Program-made: the position numbers and the translations under genes
The notes under the pieces: generated by a model
Database searches by the model: none
What the model saw: the letters and a program-made list of their open reading frames with translations, nothing else
What the model was told of the DNA's origin: nothing
Part shown: one piece after another, positions 1-8,239 of the stretch
Position numbering within the stretch: the first letter of the stretch is position 1
Layout of the letters: each line of letters starts with the position of its first letter
NCBI GenBank assembly: GCA_043827405.1
Contig: JBDRPD010000101.1
Coordinates: forward strand, 1 to 31,430
DNA length: 31,430 nt
Source of the DNA: Elusimicrobiota bacterium
GTDB lineage: Bacteria; Elusimicrobiota; Elusimicrobia; UBA1565
Direction: 5' to 3'

Positions 1-1016
1 TCGGGGCTCAGGCTTCCCAGGGCCTGGTCCGCCTCGTCCATGTACTCCTGGCGCTTGGCCCAGTTGACGCCGCGGCCGGCGCTGGCATGGCTGATGCTGT
101 GATGCTTCGCGGCCGCCTCCCAGTTGAAGTCCGCCGGGGTGTCGTAGTCGTAGAAGTTGGAGGCTTCGCAGTTGTAGAAGTTGCCGTCCGCGCCCAGGAT
201 CAGCTGGGTGCAGTCCAGCCACCAGCGCTTGCCCTGCTTGAGGTATTCCGAGCGCTCGAGCCCGTCATGCAGGGTCCCGATATGGAACGGGCACTGGCCT
301 TCCGCTTCCGTGCGGCGCACGTAGTAATCGGCCAGCTGCTGGAAAAAGGCGGCGAGCTTTCCGAGCTCTTCCTTGGTCCAGTGGTGGTAGCAGTCGGGCT
401 CGAGGTTGACGAGCTTGATGCCGATCTCGGAGAAGGCCTCGAGCGCGTCGATGGTGCCGGCAAGGGTCGGCGGGCGCAGCGTCATATTGACGCCCAGCCC
501 GTCTTTGGGGAGATCTTTGATCTTGCCCATGACTGTTTCCCAGACCGAGTGGCTGCTGCCCGCGGGGAAGCAGCGAAACCGGTCGTTGTCCCCTTTATGT
601 CCGTCGAGGCTGATGAGGACCTCGGCGCCGTGCTCCTGGAACTTGCGAATCTGCTCGGGCTTGATCAAGGTGCCGTTGGTGTGGATCGAGAAGATCGGCT
701 TATTGGTGAAGCGCTCGGCGTACTGCACCGCCTTCTCCAGCAGGGGGTAGACGAGAAAGGTCTCGCCGCCCTGGATCGAGATGACCTTCTGTCCCGGGTA
801 AGGCGTCTGCTTGGGGTCCATGAAGATATCGATGGCGTTCTTGAAGTCCTCCCATTTGAGATGGACGGCCTTCTTGGCGACCTTGACCGTGGGCGCGCAG
901 CAATGCGTGCAGGCCAGGTTGCACTGGTTGGTGGCGAAGACGCACATGACGCGGATATAGTCGGGGCCGGTCTGCAGCTGGTTGTCGGCGGCTTCTTCAG
1001 TTTTTGCTTGGGTCAT
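1..1016 (-). CDS. Radical SAM enzyme with SPASM/twitch-like C-terminus, paralog 1 (3' end runs off the window)
   Basis: Absent from the ORF track because it has no stop in the window. Translated by hand from ATG at 1016 (AGGAGG RBS): MTQAKTEEAADNQLQTGPDYIRVMCVFATNQCNLACTHCCAP...IQGGETFL...HTNGTL...ISLDG...WWLDCTQLILGADGNFYNCE. Contains CxxxCxxC, GGE, TNG and SLDG motifs. Confidence 0.9.
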   Translation of the reverse strand, partial: MTQAKTEEAADNQLQTGPDYIRVMCVFATNQCNLACTHCCAPTVKVAKKAVHLKWEDFKNAIDIFMDPKQTPYPGQKVISIQGGETFLVYPLLEKAVQYAERFTNKPIFSIHTNGTLIKPEQIRKFQEHGAEVLISLDGHKGDNDRFRCFPAGSSHSVWETVMGKIKDLPKDGLGVNMTLRPPTLAGTIDALEAFSEIGIKLVNLEPDCYHHWTKEELGKLAAFFQQLADYYVRRTEAEGQCPFHIGTLHDGLERSEYLKQGKRWWLDCTQLILGADGNFYNCEASNFYDYDTPADFNWEAAAKHHSISHASAGRGVNWAKRQEYMDEADQALGSLSP

Positions 1017-1029
1017 GGGTGTTTCCTCC

Positions 1030-2280
1030 TCAGGAACCGGGAACGACATCGGCGAGGATATGTTCCTTGTTAAAGCTGGGATTATCCTGCAAGCGGGCGG
1101 CGAGCTTCATCAGCCCGCCATGAAGGATGCGGGAGGTCCGGTGCATATTGTCGACGAGGTCCTTGGGATCCTTGCCCTCGATATGGGCTACCGTGTAGTA
1201 GAGGCGGGGACACATATGCTGCCATTCGCTGTCCGGCTTGCCGTGTTCGCCGAGAACGGTATTGGCCTCTTCCATGTAGGCCTGGCGCTTGGCCCAGTCG
1301 ATGCCGCGGCCGGCGCTGCAGTGGTTGATGCTGTGCTTGCCGGCGACCTCGGACCAGGGGTAAAGGCCGATGGCCTCGCAGCTGTAGAAGTTGCCGTCGG
1401 AGCCCAGGATGAGGTGCACGCATTCGGTCCACCAGCCCTTGCCCGACTTGCGGGCCGCGACGCGCTGCAGCCCGTCATGAATCGCGCCGCAGCGAAAGGG
1501 GACTTTGCCGTGCTTTTCGGTGTAGCCGGCATAGAAGTCAAAGAGCTCGTCCATGAACTTCTCCAGCTTTTTGAGATCGGTCTCCGACCACATATGATAG
1601 TAGTCGATGGCGAGGTTGATGAAGCCGAAGCCCATCTCGGTGAGGGTTTTCAGCGCGCCCACCAGGCCCTCGATGCTGTTGGGGCGCACCACCATATTGA
1701 TGCCGAGGCCGTCTTTGGGGAGCGGCTCGATGCGCTTCATGACCGCGTCCCATACCGAGGTGTCGGCGGAGCCGGGGAAGCGCCGGAAATGATCATTGCC
1801 CTCTTTGTTCCCGTCCAGGCTGAACAGGATCTCGACGCCGTACTTGCGCAGCGCCTGGATTTGCTCGGGCTTCACCATGGTGCCGTTGGTGTGGATATAG
1901 ACATGCGGGGGGGTGGGGAACTTCTGCACGTACTCCACGGCCTGCTGCAGCAGGGGATAGACGAGGAAAGTCTCGCCGCCCTCGACGCAGATCACTTTCT
2001 GCCCCTGATGCGGCAGCTGCGCGGGGTCCATGAAGATGTCGATCGCGTTTTTGAAGTCCTCCCATTTCAAATGCTCGGGCGCCGCGTCCATCTTGACGGT
2101 ATCGGCGCAGCAGTTGGTGCAGGCAAGGTTGCACTGGTTGGTCACAAATACCGCCATGACCGCGACGTGGTCCGGTCCGGTCTGAATCTTAATAGGGCCG
2201 TCGGCGGCGGCTCGCGCCGCGGGGGCCTTGCCGGTTACTATCTTAACGGGTTTGGGACGTGCCTTGCTGGGATGCTGCAT
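1030..2280 (-). CDS. Radical SAM enzyme with SPASM/twitch-like C-terminus, paralog 2
   Basis: Motifs CNLACTNCC, EGGETFL, HTNGT, FSLDG, and C-terminal ECVHLILGSDGNFYSCE...WQHMCPRLYY. Start moved from 2325 to ATG 2280 (GAGGT RBS, 4 bp after the upstream stop). Confidence 0.9.
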   Translation of the reverse strand: MQHPSKARPKPVKIVTGKAPAARAAADGPIKIQTGPDHVAVMAVFVTNQCNLACTNCCADTVKMDAAPEHLKWEDFKNAIDIFMDPAQLPHQGQKVICVEGGETFLVYPLLQQAVEYVQKFPTPPHVYIHTNGTMVKPEQIQALRKYGVEILFSLDGNKEGNDHFRRFPGSADTSVWDAVMKRIEPLPKDGLGINMVVRPNSIEGLVGALKTLTEMGFGFINLAIDYYHMWSETDLKKLEKFMDELFDFYAGYTEKHGKVPFRCGAIHDGLQRVAARKSGKGWWTECVHLILGSDGNFYSCEAIGLYPWSEVAGKHSINHCSAGRGIDWAKRQAYMEEANTVLGEHGKPDSEWQHMCPRLYYTVAHIEGKDPKDLVDNMHRTSRILHGGLMKLAARLQDNPSFNKEHILADVVPGS

Positions 2281-2284
2281 AGCG

Positions 2285-3496
2285 TTACCTCTGGGTGATT
2301 GAAAGTTCCTGCGCGTCGCAGACATGCGGATAACGGCTCGACGTATAGTTGCGGATGAAATCGGGGTGCCGCCGCAGGCGCGTCGACAGCTTGACCAGCT
2401 CGGTAAAGAACAGCTCCGAGACGCGGTGCAGGTTGTCGATCAGCGGCGCAAGCTCGGCGCCCAGGCACTGCGCGACCGTATAGTACAGCCGAGGGCATAC
2501 ATGCTGCCAGGCGTCTTCGGCGCCCAGCTGCCGCAGCCGGCGGTAGGCGGCGTCCATATAGCTTTGCCGCTTGGCCCAATCGATGCCGCGGCCCGAACGG
2601 GCATGGTTGATCCCATGCGGCTCCAGCACCTTGGCGTAGGGAGCGCAGCCCATGGCTTCGCAGTCGTAGAAATTCCCGTCCGCTCCCAAAGTCAGCCGGA
2701 AGCAGTCCTTCCACCAGGCCCGGCTGCCGCGCCGGTTGGCGCCGACGAAGAGGGCATGCGCGAGCCCGCCGGTATAGAAAGGGATGCGGCCGTCGGCTTG
2801 CGTGCGCTCGACGTAGTAATCGGCGAAGTCCCGGCAGAAGCGCCGCAGCTGCTTGAGCTCGGCGGGCGTCCAGACATGAAGATAGTCGATCCATAGGTCG
2901 CAGAAGCGGAAGCCGAGCTTGCGAAAGCCTTCAAGTACCGGCAGCATGGTGTCCAGGTTGGCCGGCCGCAGTACGGAGTTTGTCCCGAGCCCGTCTTTCG
3001 GCGTATCCCGCAGCTTGTCCATTACGGTCTTCCAGGAGGACATCCTGCCGCCTTTGGCATAGGGACGGCACCGGTCATGCGCTTGGCGGCCGCCGTCGAT
3101 GCTGAAGACGATCCCGGCGTTGTGGGCGCGCAGTTCGCGAATCTGCTCAGGGCGGACCAAGGTCCCATTGGTGTGGATGTACAGGTGGGGACGTCGCGGG
3201 AAATGCCTGACGTACTTTGCGGCCTTGAGCAGCAGAGGGTAGACGAGAAACGGCTCGCCGCCGGCGATCGCTATTTCCTTGCGTGCGGCGGCCGGGGCTT
3301 GCGCGGGATCCATAAAAACGTCGATCGCCGCCTTGAAATCCTTCCACTGCAGATGTACCGCGCCCTTTGCTCCCTTGACGGTATCGACAAAGCAGCTGCG
3401 GCAGCCGCTATTGCACTGGTTGGTGACGTAGACGTCCATGACGTGGACATGCGGCGGACCGGTCTGTGTTCCGTTTCTGGATGCTCTTTTGGGCAT
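2285..3496 (-). CDS. Radical SAM enzyme with SPASM/twitch-like C-terminus, paralog 3
   Basis: Motifs CNSGCRSC, AGGEPFL, HTNGTL, FSIDG, and DCFRLTLGADGNFYDCE...WQHVCPRLYY. Colinear with the two downstream paralogs. Confidence 0.9.
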   Translation of the reverse strand: MPKRASRNGTQTGPPHVHVMDVYVTNQCNSGCRSCFVDTVKGAKGAVHLQWKDFKAAIDVFMDPAQAPAAARKEIAIAGGEPFLVYPLLLKAAKYVRHFPRRPHLYIHTNGTLVRPEQIRELRAHNAGIVFSIDGGRQAHDRCRPYAKGGRMSSWKTVMDKLRDTPKDGLGTNSVLRPANLDTMLPVLEGFRKLGFRFCDLWIDYLHVWTPAELKQLRRFCRDFADYYVERTQADGRIPFYTGGLAHALFVGANRRGSRAWWKDCFRLTLGADGNFYDCEAMGCAPYAKVLEPHGINHARSGRGIDWAKRQSYMDAAYRRLRQLGAEDAWQHVCPRLYYTVAQCLGAELAPLIDNLHRVSELFFTELVKLSTRLRRHPDFIRNYTSSRYPHVCDAQELSITQR

Positions 3497-3521
3497 AAGC
3501 TAAGACGGTTCCGAAGGCGTC

Positions 3522-3530
3522 ATTTTAGCA
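3522..3530 (-). promoter_or_regulatory. Putative extended -10 element (TGcTAAAAT) of an internal promoter for the radical SAM triplet
   Basis: The minus strand reads TGCTAAAAT in the only sizeable gap (86 bp) of the leftward operon. Confidence 0.4.
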
Positions 3531-3572
3531 GTCGTCCTATAGATGAAAACAGGTCAAATCTAAAGGCGAGAC

Positions 3573-3586
3573 TTGATAAATATCAA
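3573..3586. promoter_or_regulatory. Perfect FNR box TTGAT-AAAT-ATCAA
   Basis: Exact match to TTGAT-N4-ATCAA in an AT-rich gap upstream of 3496. It overlaps the stop codon of the HemN-like gene, and an FNR-type regulator is encoded in the cluster. Confidence 0.7.
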
Positions 3587-5085
3587 TCCTTGCGGCAGCG
3601 CTCGAATGTTGTCATCATGGCCGCTATCTGTTTGTCCGCAACCGGCAAAAAGGCGCGGATGTCCCGGTCGCTGTGGCGGCGGTTGAATGCCTGGAAATCC
3701 TTATGGTGCGCCGCCTTGAGCCGGCGGTGCAGCCGGGGGCTGTAGAGGCGTTTTGAAAAGACCAGTCTTTGCGCCCGGTCCGTTCCCGTAAAGGATACCG
3801 CCTCCCCGTTGGTGCGGATCAGGCCTTCTCGCTGGGCGGCATGCAGCGGGCGCGCCAGCGGCGTGTCGAGCACATCGCAACCGAACAGCCGGCGGAATTC
3901 ACCGCGCGGGATCGAGCCTTGGGCGTATAGGTGGCGCACCGCGAAACCGCGCATCTCCTCGGCCGGCGGCGACTCCATGCAGAAAAACGGGAGGGCGCGG
4001 TCCCAACGCCGCCGCGTTTCTTCGATCGGAGGATGACGGTACCAGGCGGCGCCGAAGGCATGCGACAGGGCGCCGGCGCCCAGTCCGAGGATCGAGGCGC
4101 CGTTTCTCCGCGCGACGCGGCACTGGGATGATATCGTTCTGAGATAGCCCGGGGACTCCGCTTGTCCCGACGGCGTGCGGTAGCCGTAGAGGCGCGCCAG
4201 GCGTTCCAGCGCGGGCAGCAGGCGGACTTTGCCTTCGCGGATGCGCGGAGACAGCGTTTGGCCCGCCTGCGCGAACGGCGTCTGCGGGCGCGGGTCGAAG
4301 CCGAAGAGGTAGACGGCGTCGAGACCCCGGCGCATAATGTCGTCGAGGTCGCGCAGAAAAGACCGCAGCGTCTGGCCCTCCAGGCCGAACATCAGCTCGA
4401 CTCCCGAGTAGACGCCCCGCGCGGCGGTGAGGCGGCGGAGCGCAGCGTTCACGGCGGCGCGCGTCTGGCCGCGGCGGTCGCTGCGCCGCAAGACCGCAGG
4501 ATCGAGGCTCTGTACGCCCAAAGTGATGCGGTTGACGCCGCGGCGCAGCAGCAGCTTCAGCTTGGACGCGGTCAGCGTTCCCGGGGAGGCTTCGACGTAG
4601 AGCTCCGCGTCCGGACGCAGCCGGAAGCTGCGGGATATATGGCCCAGAAGGTCGTCGAGCACCCCGTCCGGGGCCAAAGTCGGCGTGCCGCCGCCGAAGT
4701 ATACCGACGAGAACTCCACCTCGTGGAAAAGGCCGCGCAGGGCGTCGATTTCCCGGCGGATGCCGGCGGCGTAGTCCCGCATCTCGGCGCTGCCGCGCGC
4801 GGCTCCCATGCTGCAGAAGCAGAAGCGGCAGCGGCTGACGCAGAAAGGCCAGTGGACGTACAGGCCGATCTCGCGCGGCGCTTTTCCCGCGCGCATGAGC
4901 GCTGTGGTCCGGCGCCAAAAGTCCCTGATCTCCGCCAGGCCGCTGCGCCGGAAGTAGCCGCAGCTGGAGTAGTAGGTGCCGTCAGCCGGGAAGTACGGCT
5001 CGTGCTCGTCGTTGCACTTGGCCGTGAGGTACGTGCGCCAGCGCAGGTCGGCTATGCGGGCTGTCCGTTCCTTTGCAGTCGGCAT
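3583..5085 (-). CDS. HemN-like (coproporphyrinogen III oxidase family / class C) radical SAM enzyme, paralog 1
   Basis: Motifs GLYVHWPFCVSRCRFCFC, YFGGGTPT, EASP, NRITLGVQSLD and LMFGLEGQT. Start set at ATG 5085 rather than 5118. Confidence 0.88.
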   Translation of the reverse strand: MPTAKERTARIADLRWRTYLTAKCNDEHEPYFPADGTYYSSCGYFRRSGLAEIRDFWRRTTALMRAGKAPREIGLYVHWPFCVSRCRFCFCSMGAARGSAEMRDYAAGIRREIDALRGLFHEVEFSSVYFGGGTPTLAPDGVLDDLLGHISRSFRLRPDAELYVEASPGTLTASKLKLLLRRGVNRITLGVQSLDPAVLRRSDRRGQTRAAVNAALRRLTAARGVYSGVELMFGLEGQTLRSFLRDLDDIMRRGLDAVYLFGFDPRPQTPFAQAGQTLSPRIREGKVRLLPALERLARLYGYRTPSGQAESPGYLRTISSQCRVARRNGASILGLGAGALSHAFGAAWYRHPPIEETRRRWDRALPFFCMESPPAEEMRGFAVRHLYAQGSIPRGEFRRLFGCDVLDTPLARPLHAAQREGLIRTNGEAVSFTGTDRAQRLVFSKRLYSPRLHRRLKAAHHKDFQAFNRRHSDRDIRAFLPVADKQIAAMMTTFERCRKD

Positions 5086-6707
5086 ACGTTCTCGGATTCC
5101 ATGGCCCGGCTGAACCATTTGGGCTTCGCCGCGGCGGGACGATAGTACATGCGCATCATCGAGGCGACGCGCTTGTCGGCGACCGCTTCCAGGCTGCGCA
5201 CCTGCGCGTCGGTGAAGCGGCGGTTGAAGTCGCGGTACTTGGCGCGGTTGCCGCGCAACAGCGCCGAGGTCAATTTGGGGCTGAACAGGTGCTTGCAGTA
5301 GACCAGCCGTTCCGTCCGGTCCTTGCTCAGGAAACGAATATAGCCGCTGTCGATGCGCACCTTGCCGGCGGCGGCAAGGTCGGCCAGCGCCCGCTGCAGG
5401 GCCGCAACGGCCAGGGGGTCCTGTCCGAAAACGTTCTTAAAGCCGGGGCGCGATACTCTGCTCTGCGTATGCAGGTGGCGGATAACGAAGCCGCGCATCT
5501 CTTCGTTGAGGCTCGACTCCAGGGAGTAGAAAGGCGGCAGGCCGTTCCAGTCGCGCGGCGCGCCCTGCTGGCGGTTAGACGACGGCTGCACGAAAGCGGG
5601 ATGACCGTACCAGGCCGCGCCGAAGGCATGGGACAACGCGCTCATGCCGATGCCGAGAACCGACGCGCCCCATTTGCGCGCCATGCGGCACTGCCGGGTG
5701 ATCGCGGTGAGGTATTCCGGCTCCTCGGGGTCGAGCGGCGCGGGCCGGTAGCCGCAGCGCTGCGCGAGCCGGTCGAGTTCTTCGCTCATGCGCCACTGCC
5801 GCTCCCGCAGGCCGTCCGCCGGCCGGCGTCCGAGCTCGGAAAAGGCCGTCTGGACGCGCGGATCGAAGGCGTAGACGCGGAGGTTGCGCGGATGGGCCTT
5901 CAGCATGCCGATAAAATCACGGAGAAAAGAGTCATCGGACTGCCCGTCGAGCCCGTACATCAGGTCGGCGGCGCTGATCATGTCGGCATGGCGGGTCAGC
6001 AGGGCGGCGCTTTGCCGCACATTGTCCTGGTTCTGGCCGACGCGATTGGCTTTGTGCAGAATGAGGTTGTCGAGGCTCTGCACGCCCAAAGTGACATGGT
6101 TGACGCCGAGCGAGCGCATGCACTCCAGCTTCTCGGGCGTCAACGTGGCGGGGGAGGCCTCCATGTAGATTTCGGCGTCCCGCTCCAAACGGAAGCTGTC
6201 GCGGATCAGCTGAAACAGCTCCCGCAGCAGGTCCGACGGCATTAACGACGGCGTCCCCCCGCCCAGATAGATGGAGTGGAAATCGACCTCGGCGAAGACA
6301 TCGCGCAGGGCTTCCATTTCGCGCTTGAGCATCAGGTTGTAGCGGCGGAACTCGCCGCGGCTGCTGGTCAGGCACATGGCGCAGAAGCAGAAGGCGCAGC
6401 GGCTGAGACAAAACGGCCAGTGGATGTAGAGGCCGATCTCCCGCGGGGCTTTCCCCTGCCGGATCAGGCGGACCGTTTTTCGCCAGTAGCCGCGCACGTC
6501 CTCCAGGCCGGCGGGATGGAAGTAGCTGCGGTCCAGGTAGGCGCCCCCGTCGGTGGGGTAGTACGCCTCGTGCTCCTCGTGGCAGACCGCGGTCAGGAAG
6601 CTGTACTTGCGCAGCTCCTCCGCGGATATCGCGCGCGCCGCCCCTTTACGACGGGGCGGCGTGCTCGCCGACGCTCCGCTTACGGCTCCGCGCGCCGCCG
6701 TTACCAC
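5052..6707 (-). CDS. HemN-like radical SAM enzyme, paralog 2
   Basis: Motifs GLYIHWPFCLSRCAFCFC, YLGGGTPS, TLGVQSLD and DLMYGLDGQS. GTG start with a GGAGG RBS, overlapping the upstream stop. Confidence 0.88.
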   Translation of the reverse strand: MVTAARGAVSGASASTPPRRKGAARAISAEELRKYSFLTAVCHEEHEAYYPTDGGAYLDRSYFHPAGLEDVRGYWRKTVRLIRQGKAPREIGLYIHWPFCLSRCAFCFCAMCLTSSRGEFRRYNLMLKREMEALRDVFAEVDFHSIYLGGGTPSLMPSDLLRELFQLIRDSFRLERDAEIYMEASPATLTPEKLECMRSLGVNHVTLGVQSLDNLILHKANRVGQNQDNVRQSAALLTRHADMISAADLMYGLDGQSDDSFLRDFIGMLKAHPRNLRVYAFDPRVQTAFSELGRRPADGLRERQWRMSEELDRLAQRCGYRPAPLDPEEPEYLTAITRQCRMARKWGASVLGIGMSALSHAFGAAWYGHPAFVQPSSNRQQGAPRDWNGLPPFYSLESSLNEEMRGFVIRHLHTQSRVSRPGFKNVFGQDPLAVAALQRALADLAAAGKVRIDSGYIRFLSKDRTERLVYCKHLFSPKLTSALLRGNRAKYRDFNRRFTDAQVRSLEAVADKRVASMMRMYYRPAAAKPKWFSRAMESENVCRLQRNGQPA

Positions 6708-8239
6708 CAGGCCTCCGCTTCGACGCCGATATTCGTAAACGGGCTGATTTCGACCCAGCGCCGCGAGCGCTTGCCGGTGCCTTCTTTGCCGCGGCGTCCG
6801 CCTTGGCCGACGATGCGCTCGCGCGGGATGAAGCCCGATCGCAGAAGCTGCTGCGCGACTTTTTCCAGCATGTCCGAGGGACGGCCCTGCCGCCGGCGCA
6901 AAAATTTATCGAAGTCCGCCCATAGCTTCGGGGTCTCCCGGATATAGCAGTAGGCTACGAACAGCCAGCTGGAACGCATCATGTCCTCGGCGCTGAACGA
7001 GTAGGAGCTGGCGACCAGCCCTTCGGCATCGGTCTTGATTTTGAACTCCGCGACGCGGTCGGCCAGCGGCGCGTTGGGCAGCATGACGAGATCGAACAGG
7101 GTAAAGTTTACGTCCGGGACGAACCGCAGCGCCCAGTCGAGCGAGCGCTTGAAGGACTCATAGCTGTCGCCGGGCAGGCCGAGGATGAACTCGAGGTCCA
7201 GCCGAATGTTCTTGAACCGGGCGATCTTGGCGATATTCTCTTCGCAGCGCGCGATATCGAAAGGCCGGTTGATGTTTTTGAGGGCTTCTTCACCGGTCGT
7301 CTGGATGCCGACCGCCACCGTGGCGCACGGGACTTTGCCCAGCTCCGCGATCAGCTCATCGTCGAAGTGCTCGGCTTTGAGCTCCATCAAAAAACGGTTC
7401 TCGTATTGCTGCAGTATCCGGAACACCTCTTGGCAGCGTTTCTTCTTGATGTTGAGAAAGGGGTCGGTGATGTAGATGACGCCGGCGAACTTCTCGCGGC
7501 GCAGCGTCTCCAGCTCGGCCCGCAGCCGCTGCAGGGAGAATTTCCGCATGCTGCGCCGGCCCGCATGGTAGTCGCAGTAGGAGCAGGACAGCGGGCAGCC
7601 GCGTGAGGACTCGACGCAGATCATGCCGCGGTCGCTGTTGCCGTGGACTTTGAGCGCGCCGGTCAGATAGGGCGAGGGGATGTCCTCCAGGTTGTCCGGG
7701 CCGCGCGACGGCGGCGCAACCACCACGCGTCCGTTCTCGCGATAGGCCAGACCCTCTATTCCCGTCAGCTCCCGTTGGGCCGCGAAGGCCAGCAGCAGCC
7801 GGCGAAAAGGCTCTTCCCCCTCGCCGCAGACGCAGATGTCCACCGCGGGGTTGCTGCGGAAAAACTCCTTGAGCAAAACGTCCTTGCGGGGAATCTCGGG
7901 GCCGCCCACCACGATCCGGACCTCGGGCATATCCTTCTTGAGCAGCTCGATGAGCCCGAGGGTGCGCGGGGCGTTCCACAGAAAGATGCTGAACGCCGCG
8001 ACGTCCGGCCGGCTTTCGCGCAGCGCGGCCAGCGCTTCCTGATCGGTCACCGCGTCGTGGAACTTGAGGTTGATCATCTCCGTGCCGCGGCGGATGCCGG
8101 GGTCCTGCTGGGCGTAGGCGCGCACGGTGGCCAGCCCCAGGGGCAGGTCCGCTCCCGTGCGGATATCGACGTAGCGGTCTTTCTCCGGTCCCAGGAGCTC
8201 GGTCCAGAATGTTTCGAGGTAGACGAAGGATACTCTCAC
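6701..8239 (-). CDS. Cobalamin-binding (class B) radical SAM enzyme, probable methyltransferase
   Basis: B12-binding domain (LPLGLATV, PDVAAFSIFLWN, IVVGGPE, GEGEEPF) followed by ESSRGCPLSCSYC and FILGLPGDS. GTGA overlap with the upstream gene. Confidence 0.9.
   Translation of the reverse strand: MRVSFVYLETFWTELLGPEKDRYVDIRTGADLPLGLATVRAYAQQDPGIRRGTEMINLKFHDAVTDQEALAALRESRPDVAAFSIFLWNAPRTLGLIELLKKDMPEVRIVVGGPEIPRKDVLLKEFFRSNPAVDICVCGEGEEPFRRLLLAFAAQRELTGIEGLAYRENGRVVVAPPSRGPDNLEDIPSPYLTGALKVHGNSDRGMICVESSRGCPLSCSYCDYHAGRRSMRKFSLQRLRAELETLRREKFAGVIYITDPFLNIKKKRCQEVFRILQQYENRFLMELKAEHFDDELIAELGKVPCATVAVGIQTTGEEALKNINRPFDIARCEENIAKIARFKNIRLDLEFILGLPGDSYESFKRSLDWALRFVPDVNFTLFDLVMLPNAPLADRVAEFKIKTDAEGLVASSYSFSAEDMMRSSWLFVAYCYIRETPKLWADFDKFLRRRQGRPSDMLEKVAQQLLRSGFIPRERIVGQGGRRGKEGTGKRSRRWVEISPFTNIGVEAEAWW

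Noticed and set aside
1..8239. RiPP cluster with a precursor peptide
   Set aside because: SPASM-like, class B and class C enzymes would fit. However, I found no short precursor ORF, RRE/PqqD domain, peptidase or exporter in the window. It cannot be excluded beyond the left edge.
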